From: Caldilineales bacterium
Lineage (GTDB): Bacteria > Chloroflexota > Anaerolineae > J102
Direction: 5' to 3'
Assembly (NCBI GenBank): GCA_037443945.1
Contig: JBBINH010000011.1
Span: 9,629-73,628 of the forward strand
DNA length: 64,000 nucleotides
Below, piece after piece: positions 10,192 to 20,880 of the stretch (positions within the stretch are counted from its first letter, which is position 1; every line of letters begins with the position of its first letter). The notes under the pieces were generated by a model that saw only the letters and a list, made by a program, of their open reading frames with translations, was not told where the DNA came from and made no database searches. The translations under genes and the position numbers were made by a program.

Positions 10192-10893
10192 TCAACGCGG
10201 CACAATGGTTACCCTGCGGTTCTCCCCCTCACCGATGCTCTCGGTAAAGACGTCACTGCGGTTGTTGAGCGCCAGATGGATGATGCGCCGCTCGCGTGCG
10301 GGCATGGCTTCGAGGACGATGGTACGTTTCTCACTGACGGCCCGCGCGGCCATCGTCTCGGCCAGACGGCGCAGGCTGTATTCGCGACGTCGCTTATAGT
10401 GTTCAACATCGACCTCGATCGGCGGCCAGCTATGGGTATACTTGTTGACCACCAGCCGCACCAGGTGTTGAATGGCATCAAGCGTTTCGCCACGACGTCC
10501 GATAAGGAGACTGAGGTCATCCCCGGCGATATTCAGGTAATAACCCACGGCACCGTCCGAACCGGGAGGCATGACCGTACCTTCGATCTGCGCCTTCAGG
10601 TCCATGCGCTCGATCAGGCCCTGCAGGAAGGCACGAGCAATGGCCAGAATCTCCAGGTGCGCTTCTGTCGGTGTGAACGCAACGGCGGCGATTCCCTCAG
10701 TCCCTGTTTCGGCCGGTTTTGTTTCGGTGCCTCGTGGGTGGAGCCGTACCCGTGCCGGTCTGCCCCCGACGCCCAGGACACCGCTATGGCCTTCATCCAG
10801 GACTTCGATCTCGACATCGGCTCGTTGCAGGCCCTCGGCCCGCAAACCCGCTTCGATGGCTTCGGTCACCGTGCGACCGGTGTACTCACGCAT
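10192..10893 (-). CDS. jag: Jag/EloR (KhpB) RNA-binding protein
   Basis: Jag_N, KH (LIGRRGETL) and R3H (ERRIIH) domains; follows yidC. Confidence 0.93.
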   Translation of the reverse strand: MREYTGRTVTEAIEAGLRAEGLQRADVEIEVLDEGHSGVLGVGGRPARVRLHPRGTETKPAETGTEGIAAVAFTPTEAHLEILAIARAFLQGLIERMDLKAQIEGTVMPPGSDGAVGYYLNIAGDDLSLLIGRRGETLDAIQHLVRLVVNKYTHSWPPIEVDVEHYKRRREYSLRRLAETMAARAVSEKRTIVLEAMPARERRIIHLALNNRSDVFTESIGEGENRRVTIVPR

Positions 10894-10948
10894 AACTCCT
10901 CCGCATGACGGCGTCTATTCCGAAAGGCGCTCCCAGGCCGCAACCTCC

Positions 10949-12013
10949 TCAGCGGCGACGGCGTCGCTTGCGCCGAGGCGTAGGCGCCGCTGCCGCCGCA
11001 GCCCGGACCGGCGCTGCTTCGGCGGTCTCGGTCACGGCGGTCTTCCCATCCGCCGAAACGGCCGCTTCGGTTTCGAGGGCCGACTCGCTCTCCCCCGTTC
11101 CGCCCAAGGTCGCGGCGGTCAGCGCGGCTGCGTCGGCATCCCAACGATGCGCTTGCCGATTGACATAATATTGCTGGGCAATGGCCAGGATGTTTCCCAC
11201 GACCCAGTACAGGCTCATCCCCGAAGGCACCTGCAGCGAGAAGAAAACAAACATGAGGGTCATCAAAATGGCCATCTGGCTCATCATGTTCGCCGCCGGA
11301 TTGTCCGGATCCGGAGCCGGCTGACTCGTCTGGCTCATTTTGGTGAGGGCATACTGGCTGATGGCCAACACCGCCGGCAGGACAAGATAGGGCCAAACAT
11401 TGGGTTGCGCCAATTTGGTCAACGAGAAGTTTTCGGTCAGCCAGCCGAGACCGCCGATGTAGCTAGGATAGGCCAGGTCGGGGATGAAATAGAAGGGCGC
11501 CCCTTGCTTGAAGTCGCTCTGGACGATCAGACCCAGTAAGGCGTAATAAAAGGCAAAAAGGATGGGCATCTGCAGCAGCGTCGGCAAACACCCGGCCATC
11601 TGAGCCTGCGTGATGCCATGCTTCTGATAGAGCCGCATCTGCTCTTCCTGGAGCTTTTGCCGGTCTTTGGCGTACTTTTTCTTGATGGCCTCCAACTCAG
11701 GCTGGAGGGCCTTCATCTTGGCTTGGGCCACGCGCATCAACCGCATCTGCCGGATACCCAGAGGCAACAGCAAAATGCGGATGAGCACGGCCACCAGGAT
11801 AATGGCCCATCCCCAGGCATAGGCCACCCCCAGCGGCGTCAACAGCCGATAAAACAGAATCATCGCCTGCCGCAGCGGATAGGCCAGAGGCTCGAAAAGA
11901 CCGGGATTATACACCGCTTGCCCGGTCTGGGGGTCGATCTGGACACCCCCACAACCGCTGAGCACCAGGGCGAAGAGCAACAAAAGCGGTAGCAATCTGA
12001 CAAAACGGTTCAC
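10949..12013 (-). CDS. yidC: Membrane protein insertase YidC/SpoIIIJ (lipoprotein type)
   Basis: LSGC lipobox, GCLPTLLQMPI and LYW; GTG start at 12013 inferred. Confidence 0.92.
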   Translation of the reverse strand: MNRFVRLLPLLLLFALVLSGCGGVQIDPQTGQAVYNPGLFEPLAYPLRQAMILFYRLLTPLGVAYAWGWAIILVAVLIRILLLPLGIRQMRLMRVAQAKMKALQPELEAIKKKYAKDRQKLQEEQMRLYQKHGITQAQMAGCLPTLLQMPILFAFYYALLGLIVQSDFKQGAPFYFIPDLAYPSYIGGLGWLTENFSLTKLAQPNVWPYLVLPAVLAISQYALTKMSQTSQPAPDPDNPAANMMSQMAILMTLMFVFFSLQVPSGMSLYWVVGNILAIAQQYYVNRQAHRWDADAAALTAATLGGTGESESALETEAAVSADGKTAVTETAEAAPVRAAAAAAPTPRRKRRRRR

Positions 12014-12061
12014 AGCAAACTCCACCGTCAGCACAGGGACGGATTGGCACAAAAACGGGGA

Positions 12062-12277
12062 TCAATCGGGAACGGGGTCATAACCGCCGGCACGGAAGGG
12101 ATGGCATCGGGCTATCCGTTTGATGCCCAGCCAGGTTCCTCGCCAGATGCCGTGTTTGGCAATGGCCTCGTAGGTGTATTGCGAGCAGGTCGGCTGGTAG
12201 ATGCAGGTGCTCCCCAACAACGGGGAAAGAAAACGCTGATACCCGCGAATGAGGGCGAGGAGAAACCGTTGGGCCAT
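12062..12277 (-). CDS. yidD: Membrane protein insertion efficiency factor YidD
   Basis: [10 protein letters not shown]...RCHPF..GGYDPVP; start approximate. Confidence 0.9.
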   Translation of the reverse strand: MAQRFLLALIRGYQRFLSPLLGSTCIYQPTCSQYTYEAIAKHGIWRGTWLGIKRIARCHPFRAGGYDPVPD

Positions 12278-12282
12278 CGGAC

Positions 12283-12654
12283 TCAACTTGAAGAGGCGAC
12301 AGGCATCATACCCGGCGCCGGTTGCAGAAGCCCGGCCTGCTGCAAAAGCTGTCGGCATTCGGCCTGGACCTCCGGCAGGCGAGCCTTGACAATAGCAGGG
12401 CGGGCAATACACACGATATCCCAGCCCGGCGCAATGGCGGCCATCTGCAAGCGCATGGCTTCCCGCATCAGACGACGGGCGCGATTACGTTGCACCGCCT
12501 TGCCCACCCGACGACTGGCAGTGAACCCAAAACGACTGTACGGCAGCTCGTTGGGCAGATACACGATGAGCAAAAAGCGACCGTGGCGGTTTTGACCCTG
12601 GCGTCGCACTTGTTCAAAGCGCTCATGCGCCCGCAGACGATAACGACGACGCAC
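12283..12654 (-). CDS. rnpA: Ribonuclease P protein component
   Basis: [25 protein letters not shown] (RNR motif). Confidence 0.95.
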   Translation of the reverse strand: MRRRYRLRAHERFEQVRRQGQNRHGRFLLIVYLPNELPYSRFGFTASRRVGKAVQRNRARRLMREAMRLQMAAIAPGWDIVCIARPAIVKARLPEVQAECRQLLQQAGLLQPAPGMMPVASSS

Positions 12655-12673
12655 CGACGGCCATGAGGAACGG

Positions 12674-12808
12674 TCAAACGGTCAGGCGGATACGACCGCG
12701 CAAAAGACGGCGCTTGAGCACATTGCGTCCGGCGCGCGTGCGCATGCGCTTGCGAAAACCATGGGTGCGAAAGCGTTTGCGGACTTTGGGCTGCCAGGTT
12801 CGTTTCAT
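12674..12808 (-). CDS. rpmH: 50S ribosomal protein L34
   Basis: Translated by hand (absent from the ORF track): [44 protein letters not shown]; GAGG RBS. Confidence 0.95.
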   Translation of the reverse strand: MKRTWQPKVRKRFRTHGFRKRMRTRAGRNVLKRRLLRGRIRLTV

Positions 12809-12991
12809 AGAGGACCTCGTAAGAGCTCAGGAATGACGGGCCAATGCCCGGATAACGACGGCGCGAATGCATAAAAGCTGGGAGGCGATACCGCCTCCCA
12901 GGGACGTAACAGCCTATTATAGCCCCGACCGACAAGAGGGCCAAATTGACCCGGACTTGGCGTAGCGGGCGTCGGTACGAGCGCCCATGTC

Positions 12992-14020
12992 CTACAGCCG
13001 AGTGTCGGCGATGACCTCGGCCACCCGCACCGGGCGCCGCTCGCGCAACGACCGTTGCGCCGCCAGGGCAATGACCACGGCCTGACGGCCATCATAGCCC
13101 GAGACGGGCGGCGGTTTGTCCTCCTGTAAGCACTCCACAAAGGCCATCATCTCGGCCAGAAACGACTCGGTATAACGTTCCATGAAGAAGTACAGCGGCA
13201 GGGCCGAATGCACCCCATGGGCATCGCTGAGGACAAGGCTATCGGGCGTCCGATTGCCCACCACCACCATGCCATCCGAACCGAAGACCTCGACGCGCTG
13301 GTCATAGCCGTAGACGGCCCGACGGCTGTTGTCAATGGCGCCGAGCGCGCCGCCTTGGAATCGCAGCAAAACGATTGCCGTGTCGATATCGCCGGCGGCG
13401 CCGATGGCCGGATCCACCAGCACACTGCCGGCGGCGAACACCTCCTCGACCTCACCGCCGAGATAACGGGCCATATCGAAATCGTGGATGGTCATATCCA
13501 GAAAAAGCCCACCCGACACGCGCACGTAGGCCAGGGGAGGTGGCGCCGGATCGCGGCTGGTGATGCGCAAGACGTGCACGGTGCCGATGGTCCCATCCGC
13601 CACCAAGGTGCGCGCCTTGCGAAAACCGGGATCAAACCGGCGATTGAATCCCACCATCAGTTTGACTCCGGCGGCCGCCACCGCTTGCAGGGCCTGATCA
13701 ATGCGGGCCAGGTCCAGATCGATGGGCTTCTCGCAGAAAATGTGCTTACCGGCCTGGGCGGCCGCCATGATGAAGTGGGCATGGGTATCCGTACTGGAAC
13801 AAATGGCCACGGCGGTGATGTCCGGATCGTCGAGCAGATAGCGCGGATCGGTATAGGCCGGCACCCCCCAACGCGCGGCCAACTCGGCGGCGGCCGTGGC
13901 CTTGATGTCGGCAACGGCGGCCAAGCGCGCCGTCGGTATGCGCGTGGCCAGATGCTCGGCGTGGACACGCCCGATCCGTCCGGCGCCGATCACACCGATG
14001 TTGATGGGAGGGGTTGGCAT
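12992..14020 (-). CDS. iolG: Inositol 2-dehydrogenase
   Basis: GAGRIG, CEKP, GFNRRFD, SRDP and DMTIHDFD; iol operon context. Confidence 0.9.
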   Translation of the reverse strand: MPTPPINIGVIGAGRIGRVHAEHLATRIPTARLAAVADIKATAAAELAARWGVPAYTDPRYLLDDPDITAVAICSSTDTHAHFIMAAAQAGKHIFCEKPIDLDLARIDQALQAVAAAGVKLMVGFNRRFDPGFRKARTLVADGTIGTVHVLRITSRDPAPPPLAYVRVSGGLFLDMTIHDFDMARYLGGEVEEVFAAGSVLVDPAIGAAGDIDTAIVLLRFQGGALGAIDNSRRAVYGYDQRVEVFGSDGMVVVGNRTPDSLVLSDAHGVHSALPLYFFMERYTESFLAEMMAFVECLQEDKPPPVSGYDGRQAVVIALAAQRSLRERRPVRVAEVIADTRL

Positions 14021-14076
14021 TGGTGTTTGCGGATCAACGAAAATAAGGATTTTTTAGAAGAAGATGTATTGCACAA

Positions 14077-14976
14077 CTACAGGCCAATATCGCGCAGAAA
14101 CGCACGATTGCGCGCAGCCGATTGTTTCGGCGTACCCATGGCGGGCAAGACGTCCTGCTCGACCACGATCCAGCCGTCATAGCCCAGGCGTTCCAGCTCG
14201 GCCTTGATGGCCGGGAAAGGCACGTCCCCGCGGCCCAATTCGCAGAACACGCCTTCGCGCACGCTGCGGAAGTAGTCCCAACCTTCGGCACGGCCGCGCG
14301 CGACCACGTGGGGGTCACAGTCCTTGAAGTGGATGTGACGGATACGGTCGGCATGACGTCGCAGTCCTTCCAGCGGATCGCCGCCCCCGAAGCGGTAATG
14401 GCCTGTATCGAAACACAACCCGACCAGCTCGGGATCGGTCAGCGCCAAAAGCTGTTCTACTTCGGCAGGCGTTTCCACATAACCGGCGCAGTGGTGATGG
14501 AAGAGGGTGCGCAGTCCCGTGGCATCGCGCACGCGGCGGGCAATGCGGTTGACTCCGGCCGCGAACACACGCCAGCCCTCGGCCGTCAGACCGTGTTCGG
14601 GGCGAATACGGCCGGCGTTTTGCGTGCGGACCGGGTCGCGGCCGTTATCGTCGGCCAGGATCAAAAACGGCGCCGTCCCGGCCACGACCGCCAGCAAGTG
14701 CGCCGTGCGCAGGGCGGCCTCTTCGCCGTCGGCATGCGCGTCGGGATCGGCCAGCGGCACGGGCACAAAAGCGCCCAAGAGCGCCAGCCCCCGCCGTTCC
14801 AGCTCCCTACGCAGGAGGGGCGGATCGGTAGGCATAAAGCCCCAATCGCCCAGTTCGGTGCCTTCGTAACCGGTTTCCCGCATTTCATCCAGCACCTGGG
14901 CATAACCGGCCGTTTCTCCCGGCAGTCCGAATTCAAGCACGCCCCATGAACAGGGCGCATTGGCCACACGGATCAT
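14077..14976 (-). CDS. iolE: Myo-inosose-2 dehydratase-like (IolE/xylose isomerase TIM barrel)
   Basis: NAPCSWG, FHHH, DTGH, HFKD and VEQD. Confidence 0.8.
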   Translation of the reverse strand: MIRVANAPCSWGVLEFGLPGETAGYAQVLDEMRETGYEGTELGDWGFMPTDPPLLRRELERRGLALLGAFVPVPLADPDAHADGEEAALRTAHLLAVVAGTAPFLILADDNGRDPVRTQNAGRIRPEHGLTAEGWRVFAAGVNRIARRVRDATGLRTLFHHHCAGYVETPAEVEQLLALTDPELVGLCFDTGHYRFGGGDPLEGLRRHADRIRHIHFKDCDPHVVARGRAEGWDYFRSVREGVFCELGRGDVPFPAIKAELERLGYDGWIVVEQDVLPAMGTPKQSAARNRAFLRDIGL

Positions 14977-16010
14977 GGCATCACCTCCCCATGAGGAGTC
15001 AGCACCTCGGCTACCTCGACAACCCGCCCTTCGTCGAGCGAGCGGGTAGCCGCCACGGCGATGGCCGTAGCGGCGCGGGCATCGGCACCCCCGATGGTGG
15101 GGGGACGGTCGTCGCGCACACAGGCCACAAAATCGGCCAGCTCGGCCGTGTAGGCATCGCCAAACCGTTCGCGAAAGTGCATGACGGCATCGTGTCGAAT
15201 GCCCTGACGGGTCAGGGTCAGGAGGGCGGTCTGCTGCAGACGGCCGATGAAGAGGGCGCCGTCGGCGCCGACGACCTCGGTGCGGATGTCATAGCCGTAG
15301 ACCCCGTTGCGGCTGACATCCACGTTGCCGACGGCCTCATTGGCGAAGCGCAGATTGACCACGGCGTTGTCGATATCGCCGGCAGTGCGAAGCTGCGGAT
15401 ACACCAGGCAGGCGCCCTCGCTGTGGACGCGCACCACCTCGCTGCCCATCAGCCAGCGGGCCAGGTCGAAATCGTGAATGGCCATATCCATGATCAGACC
15501 CCCGCTGTTTTCACGGCGGGCGTATTCGACGCTGGTCGGCCCGGAATCGCGGCCTACGGCCTTGAACATGACCGGTTGGCCGATAACGCCGGCCTCGATC
15601 TGGGCTTTGGCCGCCTGATAGGCCGCATCGAAACGCCGCATGAAGCCCACATACAGCATGACGCCCGCTGCCTCGGCGACGGCGATGGCCTCTTCACAGC
15701 CGGCCACGGTCAGGGCCAGAGGCTTTTCGCAGAAGATGTGCTTTCCGGCCGCCGCTGCCGCCCGGATCACCTTGACATGGGTGTTCGTCGGCGTCACGAT
15801 CAAGACGGCCGGAATATCCCGCCGCGCCAGCAGCGCCCGGTAGTCGTCGTAGACGGTCGGGATACCCAGCCGGGCCGCTACGGCCTGAGCCTGCGCCGCG
15901 TTGACATCGGCCACCGCCACCAGATGGGCGGTCGGCACCCGCGTGACCAGACTCTCGGCCAGGATCTGACCCATCCGGCCGGCCCCGATCAAACCCAGGG
16001 GAAGTCTCAT
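14973..16010 (-). CDS. Second Gfo/Idh/MocA inositol dehydrogenase (other stereoisomer likely)
   Basis: GAGRMG, CEKP, GFMRRFD and DMAIHDFD. Confidence 0.85.
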   Translation of the reverse strand: MRLPLGLIGAGRMGQILAESLVTRVPTAHLVAVADVNAAQAQAVAARLGIPTVYDDYRALLARRDIPAVLIVTPTNTHVKVIRAAAAAGKHIFCEKPLALTVAGCEEAIAVAEAAGVMLYVGFMRRFDAAYQAAKAQIEAGVIGQPVMFKAVGRDSGPTSVEYARRENSGGLIMDMAIHDFDLARWLMGSEVVRVHSEGACLVYPQLRTAGDIDNAVVNLRFANEAVGNVDVSRNGVYGYDIRTEVVGADGALFIGRLQQTALLTLTRQGIRHDAVMHFRERFGDAYTAELADFVACVRDDRPPTIGGADARAATAIAVAATRSLDEGRVVEVAEVLTPHGEVMP

Positions 16011-17869
16011 AGGTAATAGCGCTCCTTTTGGCGGGCCTCGACGTAGGCCTCATAGGCGGCCTGCACGGTGGGCATGGTGGAAACGGCGGCCACAGGCACA
16101 TCCCACCAGGATTCGTAGCCACCCACCCGTTGTTCGCGATCCGTCTGGATGTAGATAACGGTGGTACGCGTCTGGGCTTTGGCTTCCATCAAGGCCTGCC
16201 GCAGATCGGCGATGGTGCGGGCGACGATGACATGGGCGCCCAGACTGCGGGCATTGGCGGCCAGGTCGACCGGGAGGGGCTCGCCATCGAGTTGCCCGGT
16301 CGCAGGATTCCGGGCCAGGTAGCGGGTGCCGAAGCCACCACTGCCGATCGATTGGGAGAGACCGCCGATGCTGGCGAAACCGCCGTTGTCGATGAGGATG
16401 ATGATGAGCTTGATCCCCTCCTGGACGGCGGTCACGATTTCCTGGGCCATCATCAGGTAGGAACCGTCGCCCACCATGACGAAGACCTCGCGATCGGGTG
16501 CGGCCATTTTGGCCCCCAGACCGCCGGCGATTTCGTAGCCCATGGCCGAATAGCCGTATTCCAGATGGTAACTGAACTCGTCGCGGGTGCGCCAGAGCTT
16601 GTGCAAATCGCCGGGCAGACTCCCCGCCGCGCAGAGGACGATATCGCGCGGGCCGGCAGCCTCGTTGACGGCGCCGATAACCTCGCCCTGGCTGGGCAAT
16701 GGGCCATGCTCCAGGTGGTAGATACGCTCTACTTCCCGATCCCAGGCTTCGTTGTAGGCGCGCGCCTGCGCACGGTAGGCCGGATCCACCTGCCAGTCGC
16801 CTAGGGCAAGGCGTAACGCCTCCAGGGTCACCCGGGCGTCCCCGATCAGCGGGAGGGCGGCGTGCTTACAGGCATCGAACTCGCTGATGTTGATGTTGAT
16901 AAAGCGCACCTCGGGATTTTGAAAGGCCGTCTTCGAGGCCGTGGTGAAGTCGTCATAGGTCGTGCCGATGCCGATGACCAGATCGGCCTCGCGGGCCATG
17001 CGATTGGCGCCCAGAGTTCCGGTAACACCGATGGCCCCCAGACAGGCGGGATGATCGTAGGGGAGCGAGCCTTTGCCCGCCTGCGTTTCGCCCACGGGGA
17101 TACCGGTCTGGTCGACAAAGGCCCGCAGGGCAGCCGTGGCATCGCTGAAGATGACACCACCGCCGGCCACGATCAGGGGGGCCCGGCTCCGGCGGATCAG
17201 TTCGACGGCCCGGCGCAGGGCCGCCTCATCGGGTCGCACGCGTGACACGTGCCACACCCGCCTGGCGAACAGGGCCACAGGATAATCGTAGGCCTCGGCC
17301 TGCACATCCTGGGGTAACGCCAGCGTTACGGCGCCTGTCTCCACCGGCGAGGTCAGCACTCGCATGGCCTCGAGCAAGGCCGTGATCGCCTGTTCCGGCC
17401 GGTTGAGCCGGTCCCAATAGCGGGAGACGGGTTTGAAACAATCGTTGACCGAAAGGTCTTGGGAGATGGGCAGTTCCAACTGTTGCAGCACAGGGGCCAC
17501 GTTACGGCGGGCGAAGATGTCGCCCGGTAGGAGCAATACGGGCAGATGGTTGATGGTGGCCACGGCGGCGCCGGTGACCATGTTCGTGGCCCCCGGCCCG
17601 ATGGAGGAAGTGCAGGCAAACGCGCGCAGGCGCCGGCTTACCTTGGCAAAGGCTGCCGCCGTGTGCACCATGGCCTGTTCGTTACGCACCAGGTAGTAGC
17701 GAAAATCGGGATTTTCCTGCAGGGCCTGGCCGATACCGGCGACATTACCATGACCGAAGATACCCAAACAACCGGCAAAAAAGGGCTGTTCTACACCATC
17801 GCGCTCGATATACTGGGCTTTGAGAAACTTGATGATGGCCTGAGCCATCGTAAGACGAACCGTTTCCAT
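16007..17869 (-). CDS. iolD: 3D-(3,5/4)-trihydroxycyclohexane-1,2-dione acylhydrolase
   Basis: Start METVRLTMAQA; GIFGHGNVAG, YHLEYGYS, GDGSYLM and SWWDVPV. Confidence 0.95.
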   Translation of the reverse strand: METVRLTMAQAIIKFLKAQYIERDGVEQPFFAGCLGIFGHGNVAGIGQALQENPDFRYYLVRNEQAMVHTAAAFAKVSRRLRAFACTSSIGPGATNMVTGAAVATINHLPVLLLPGDIFARRNVAPVLQQLELPISQDLSVNDCFKPVSRYWDRLNRPEQAITALLEAMRVLTSPVETGAVTLALPQDVQAEAYDYPVALFARRVWHVSRVRPDEAALRRAVELIRRSRAPLIVAGGGVIFSDATAALRAFVDQTGIPVGETQAGKGSLPYDHPACLGAIGVTGTLGANRMAREADLVIGIGTTYDDFTTASKTAFQNPEVRFININISEFDACKHAALPLIGDARVTLEALRLALGDWQVDPAYRAQARAYNEAWDREVERIYHLEHGPLPSQGEVIGAVNEAAGPRDIVLCAAGSLPGDLHKLWRTRDEFSYHLEYGYSAMGYEIAGGLGAKMAAPDREVFVMVGDGSYLMMAQEIVTAVQEGIKLIIILIDNGGFASIGGLSQSIGSGGFGTRYLARNPATGQLDGEPLPVDLAANARSLGAHVIVARTIADLRQALMEAKAQTRTTVIYIQTDREQRVGGYESWWDVPVAAVSTMPTVQAAYEAYVEARQKERYYL

Positions 17870-17918
17870 AGGCCTCCTCGCAAAACGGAAAAAAGCCTGC
17901 GTCAGGACGAAAGCGCCT

Positions 17919-18959
17919 CTAGAACCCCCCGCGCGAGGCAATGAAGGCCAGGGCTTCGTCCTCGTAGGCCATGAAGTTGGCGCAGCCATGGCGGGTGACG
18001 ACGATGGCGCCGCAGGCATTGCCCATGCGTGTGGCCCGATACCAATCCCAGCCATGGAGATAACCGTAGATGAATCCGGCGGCAAAGGCATCGCCGGCCC
18101 CGAGGACGTTGTAGACCTCGACAGGAAAGCCGGGGACGTCGATCCGCCGGCCATCGGCCGGATACACGGTGGCACCGGCCGCCCCGCGCTTGACCACGAG
18201 GGCCTTAGGCCCACGGGCCAGGAGCGCGGCCACAGCCTCATCCACGTCACCCCGCACCGTAGGCGCCGAGATCTGCGAATAGGTGATCTGCACCTGGTCG
18301 GTAGCCGTCAGCACGGCGGCCTTGACCTCTTCCTCGGTGCCGAAGACGATATCGGTCAGCGGTAGGATGGCGCGCACATTGACCCCGAAGGCGCGCGGGT
18401 CGTGCCACTGGTCGGCGCGGAAATCGAGGTCGCAGAACACCGTGGCGCCTGCGGCCCGCGCCTGTTCGGCGGCAAAGAAGGTGGCGCTGCGAGACGGTTC
18501 GCGGCTCAGATTCGTGCCGGCGAACTCAAAAGCGCGGCAATCGTGAACGGGCGCGGCCAGCACGTCGTCAATGGTCAGTTGCACATCGGCCGCGTTATCC
18601 CGATAAAACACCAGGGGAAAACGGTCGGGAGGCTCGATGCCCAAGACCACGGCGCTGCTGCGCGTGCCCGGTTTGCGGGGAATGAAGCGCGTCTCCACCC
18701 CTTCCTGGGTCAAAAAATGGAGGATGAAATCGCCTACCGGATCCTGGCCAACGGCAGTCAGCAGCGCCACCCGCAAGCGCAGCCGCCGCGCGCCGACGGC
18801 GATATTCGTCGGCGAACCGCCCACATAGGCGGCGAAGCGCTTGATGTCCACAAAGGCTGCGCCCACATCGAGGGCATACAGGTCGATGGATGACCGGCCC
18901 ATCGTGAGGAGATCGTAGGTTTTCATCGATGCAACAGAAGGATTGGCAAACGTGGACAT
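17919..18959 (-). CDS. iolC: 5-dehydro-2-deoxygluconokinase (PfkB)
   Basis: GRSSIDL, YVGGSPTN, FYRDNAAD and GAGDAF. Confidence 0.92.
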   Translation of the reverse strand: MSTFANPSVASMKTYDLLTMGRSSIDLYALDVGAAFVDIKRFAAYVGGSPTNIAVGARRLRLRVALLTAVGQDPVGDFILHFLTQEGVETRFIPRKPGTRSSAVVLGIEPPDRFPLVFYRDNAADVQLTIDDVLAAPVHDCRAFEFAGTNLSREPSRSATFFAAEQARAAGATVFCDLDFRADQWHDPRAFGVNVRAILPLTDIVFGTEEEVKAAVLTATDQVQITYSQISAPTVRGDVDEAVAALLARGPKALVVKRGAAGATVYPADGRRIDVPGFPVEVYNVLGAGDAFAAGFIYGYLHGWDWYRATRMGNACGAIVVTRHGCANFMAYEDEALAFIASRGGF

Positions 18960-19735
18960 CACTTCTCTCGCTCGCCGGTCACCAAAGCGGCCAGATCCTG
19001 TTCTGTCAACTCACCCTTGCGATAGTCGGCGACCTTGCGACCGTGACGCATGACGATATAGCGGTCGGCTACCCGCATGACATGGCTCATGTTGTGGCTG
19101 ATGAAAATGACGGCCAGACCCCGTTCCTTCGCCCGCTGGGTGTAAAAGAGGACTTTCTCCGTCTCGGCCACCGACAACGCCGAGGTCGGCTCGTCGAGAA
19201 TGAGGACCGAGGCACCGAAGTGCACGGCCCGGCCGATGGCCACCGACTGCCGCTCACCCCCCGAGAGCTTGCCCACCGGCTCGTTGACCGAGCGCCCGCC
19301 GCCGAACTTCTCGATGCCGATGTCCCTCAGGGCCGCAACCGTGCGTTCCTGCATGGTTTTCAGATCGAGAAAACGGAAGGGGCCGATGGTCTTCACCGGT
19401 TCGCGACCGAGGAAAAAGTTGCGCGCTACACTCATCAGCGGCACCAACGCCAGGTCCTGGTAGACCGTTTCGATGCCCAGACGGCGCGCCATCCGGGGCG
19501 AGGTGATCTGCACAGGCTTGCCTTTGAAGTAGATTTGCCCGGTCGTAGGTGGATAGACGCCGGTCAGGATTTTGATCAAGGTCGACTTGCCGGCGCCGTT
19601 ATCGCCCACCAAAGCCGTGACCTCGCCGGCATAAATCGCCAGGGTGACATCCTCCACGGCGACGATGGAGCCGAAACGCCGGGAGATGTTCTCCATGGCG
19701 ATCACGGGTTCGGAAGCGGGAGAGGTGCTCATCAT
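18959..19735 (-). CDS. Sugar ABC transporter ATP-binding protein
   Basis: GDNGAGKS, LSGGERQ and LDEPT; the N-terminal half of the 512-aa track ORF is overlap with the permease. Confidence 0.9.
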   Translation of the reverse strand: MMSTSPASEPVIAMENISRRFGSIVAVEDVTLAIYAGEVTALVGDNGAGKSTLIKILTGVYPPTTGQIYFKGKPVQITSPRMARRLGIETVYQDLALVPLMSVARNFFLGREPVKTIGPFRFLDLKTMQERTVAALRDIGIEKFGGGRSVNEPVGKLSGGERQSVAIGRAVHFGASVLILDEPTSALSVAETEKVLFYTQRAKERGLAVIFISHNMSHVMRVADRYIVMRHGRKVADYRKGELTEQDLAALVTGEREK

Positions 19736-19791
19736 GCGCTCTGCGTTGGACAAGGAAAACGCCATCGGCGCCCCGGCCGGCCGAGCCTGGG

Positions 19792-20814
19792 CTACCGACG
19801 CTGGCGAATGGCGTCGTTGAGAATGGCGGCGCCGACGATGGTGGCGCCGACCACGGCCGTGAAGTTGTCGGCGCTGATGATGTTGGTCAGGACGACGCCG
19901 GTGCGCAACGTGCTGATCAGGAGCACGCCGATAAGCGCGCCGACAATGCTGCCGGACCCCCCGGACAGCAAGGTGCCGCCCACCACGGCCGCGGCAATCG
20001 CCTGCAGTTCCTGACCGGCGCCGGTGGCAATGCGCACCGTCTTGAACTGGGCAAAAAGCATCACCCCGGCCAAACCGGCGCACATGCCGCTGATAACAAA
20101 GCAGGCCAGCTTGACCCGGTGGATGAGCACCCCCTGGGCCGCGGCGGCCGCCTTGTTGCCTCCGGTGGCGAACACGTGATTGCCAAAGCGCGTGCGCGTT
20201 AACACCACCTGCATGAGGATAACCAGCAGCACCAGCCAGATGAACGCCGTGCGGAAGTTGGCGCCCGGCAACCAGGCCGAGAGCCATTCCATACGGCCGT
20301 TGAGGATGGCAAAGGCAGGCAAGTCCTCGGTGATCTGGAGCATCTGCGAGCGCGAATAAAACCAGAGCACACCGGTGTACATGAACTGCGTGCCCAGGGT
20401 GATGATGAACGAAGGGATGCCCGTACGCACCAGGATCAGGCCGTTGATCAGCCCCATCGTGCCGGCCACCAACACCGCCAGAACCAGCCCTACCCACGGA
20501 CTGCCACCGGCCACGACGTGGAAACCGAAGACATAGCCGGCCATGGCCATGATGCTGCCTACCGACAGGTCGAACTCACCCGCAATCATCAGCAGGGTCA
20601 CCCCCACGGCGATGAAACCGGTCAGCGTAGCCGCATTGACGATCCCCGCCAACGAACGCAGGGTGAGGAAGTTGGGCACAAAGCTGAGCAAGACAAAGAC
20701 CACCACCAGCGTCGCCAGGGGACCGGCGATGGGCGAACGCAGGAAGACTTCCCGCAGATGGCCTATCCGGCTGCTGAGGGGCGAGGAACGAGTGCGCTCG
20801 AAGGCGAGGCCCAT
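19792..20814 (-). CDS. Sugar ABC transporter permease (RbsC type)
   Basis: GEFDLSVGS, IPSFIITLG and AAAVVGGT. Confidence 0.93.
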   Translation of the reverse strand: MGLAFERTRSSPLSSRIGHLREVFLRSPIAGPLATLVVVFVLLSFVPNFLTLRSLAGIVNAATLTGFIAVGVTLLMIAGEFDLSVGSIMAMAGYVFGFHVVAGGSPWVGLVLAVLVAGTMGLINGLILVRTGIPSFIITLGTQFMYTGVLWFYSRSQMLQITEDLPAFAILNGRMEWLSAWLPGANFRTAFIWLVLLVILMQVVLTRTRFGNHVFATGGNKAAAAAQGVLIHRVKLACFVISGMCAGLAGVMLFAQFKTVRIATGAGQELQAIAAAVVGGTLLSGGSGSIVGALIGVLLISTLRTGVVLTNIISADNFTAVVGATIVGAAILNDAIRQRR

Positions 20815-20880
20815 GGCACAGGTCGTTGCCGGAGGCCCGGCAGACCGCCAACACGGTCGACGGCCTGCCGGGCCGGGGGA

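Noticed and set aside
12809-12991. Possible oriC next to rpmH
   Set aside because: No DnaA-box cluster or AT-rich unwinding element seen, and no dnaA
18959-20497. 512-aa ORF suggesting an ATPase with a long N-terminal domain
   Set aside because: The extension is an out-of-frame overlap with the permease; the real ATPase starts near 19735
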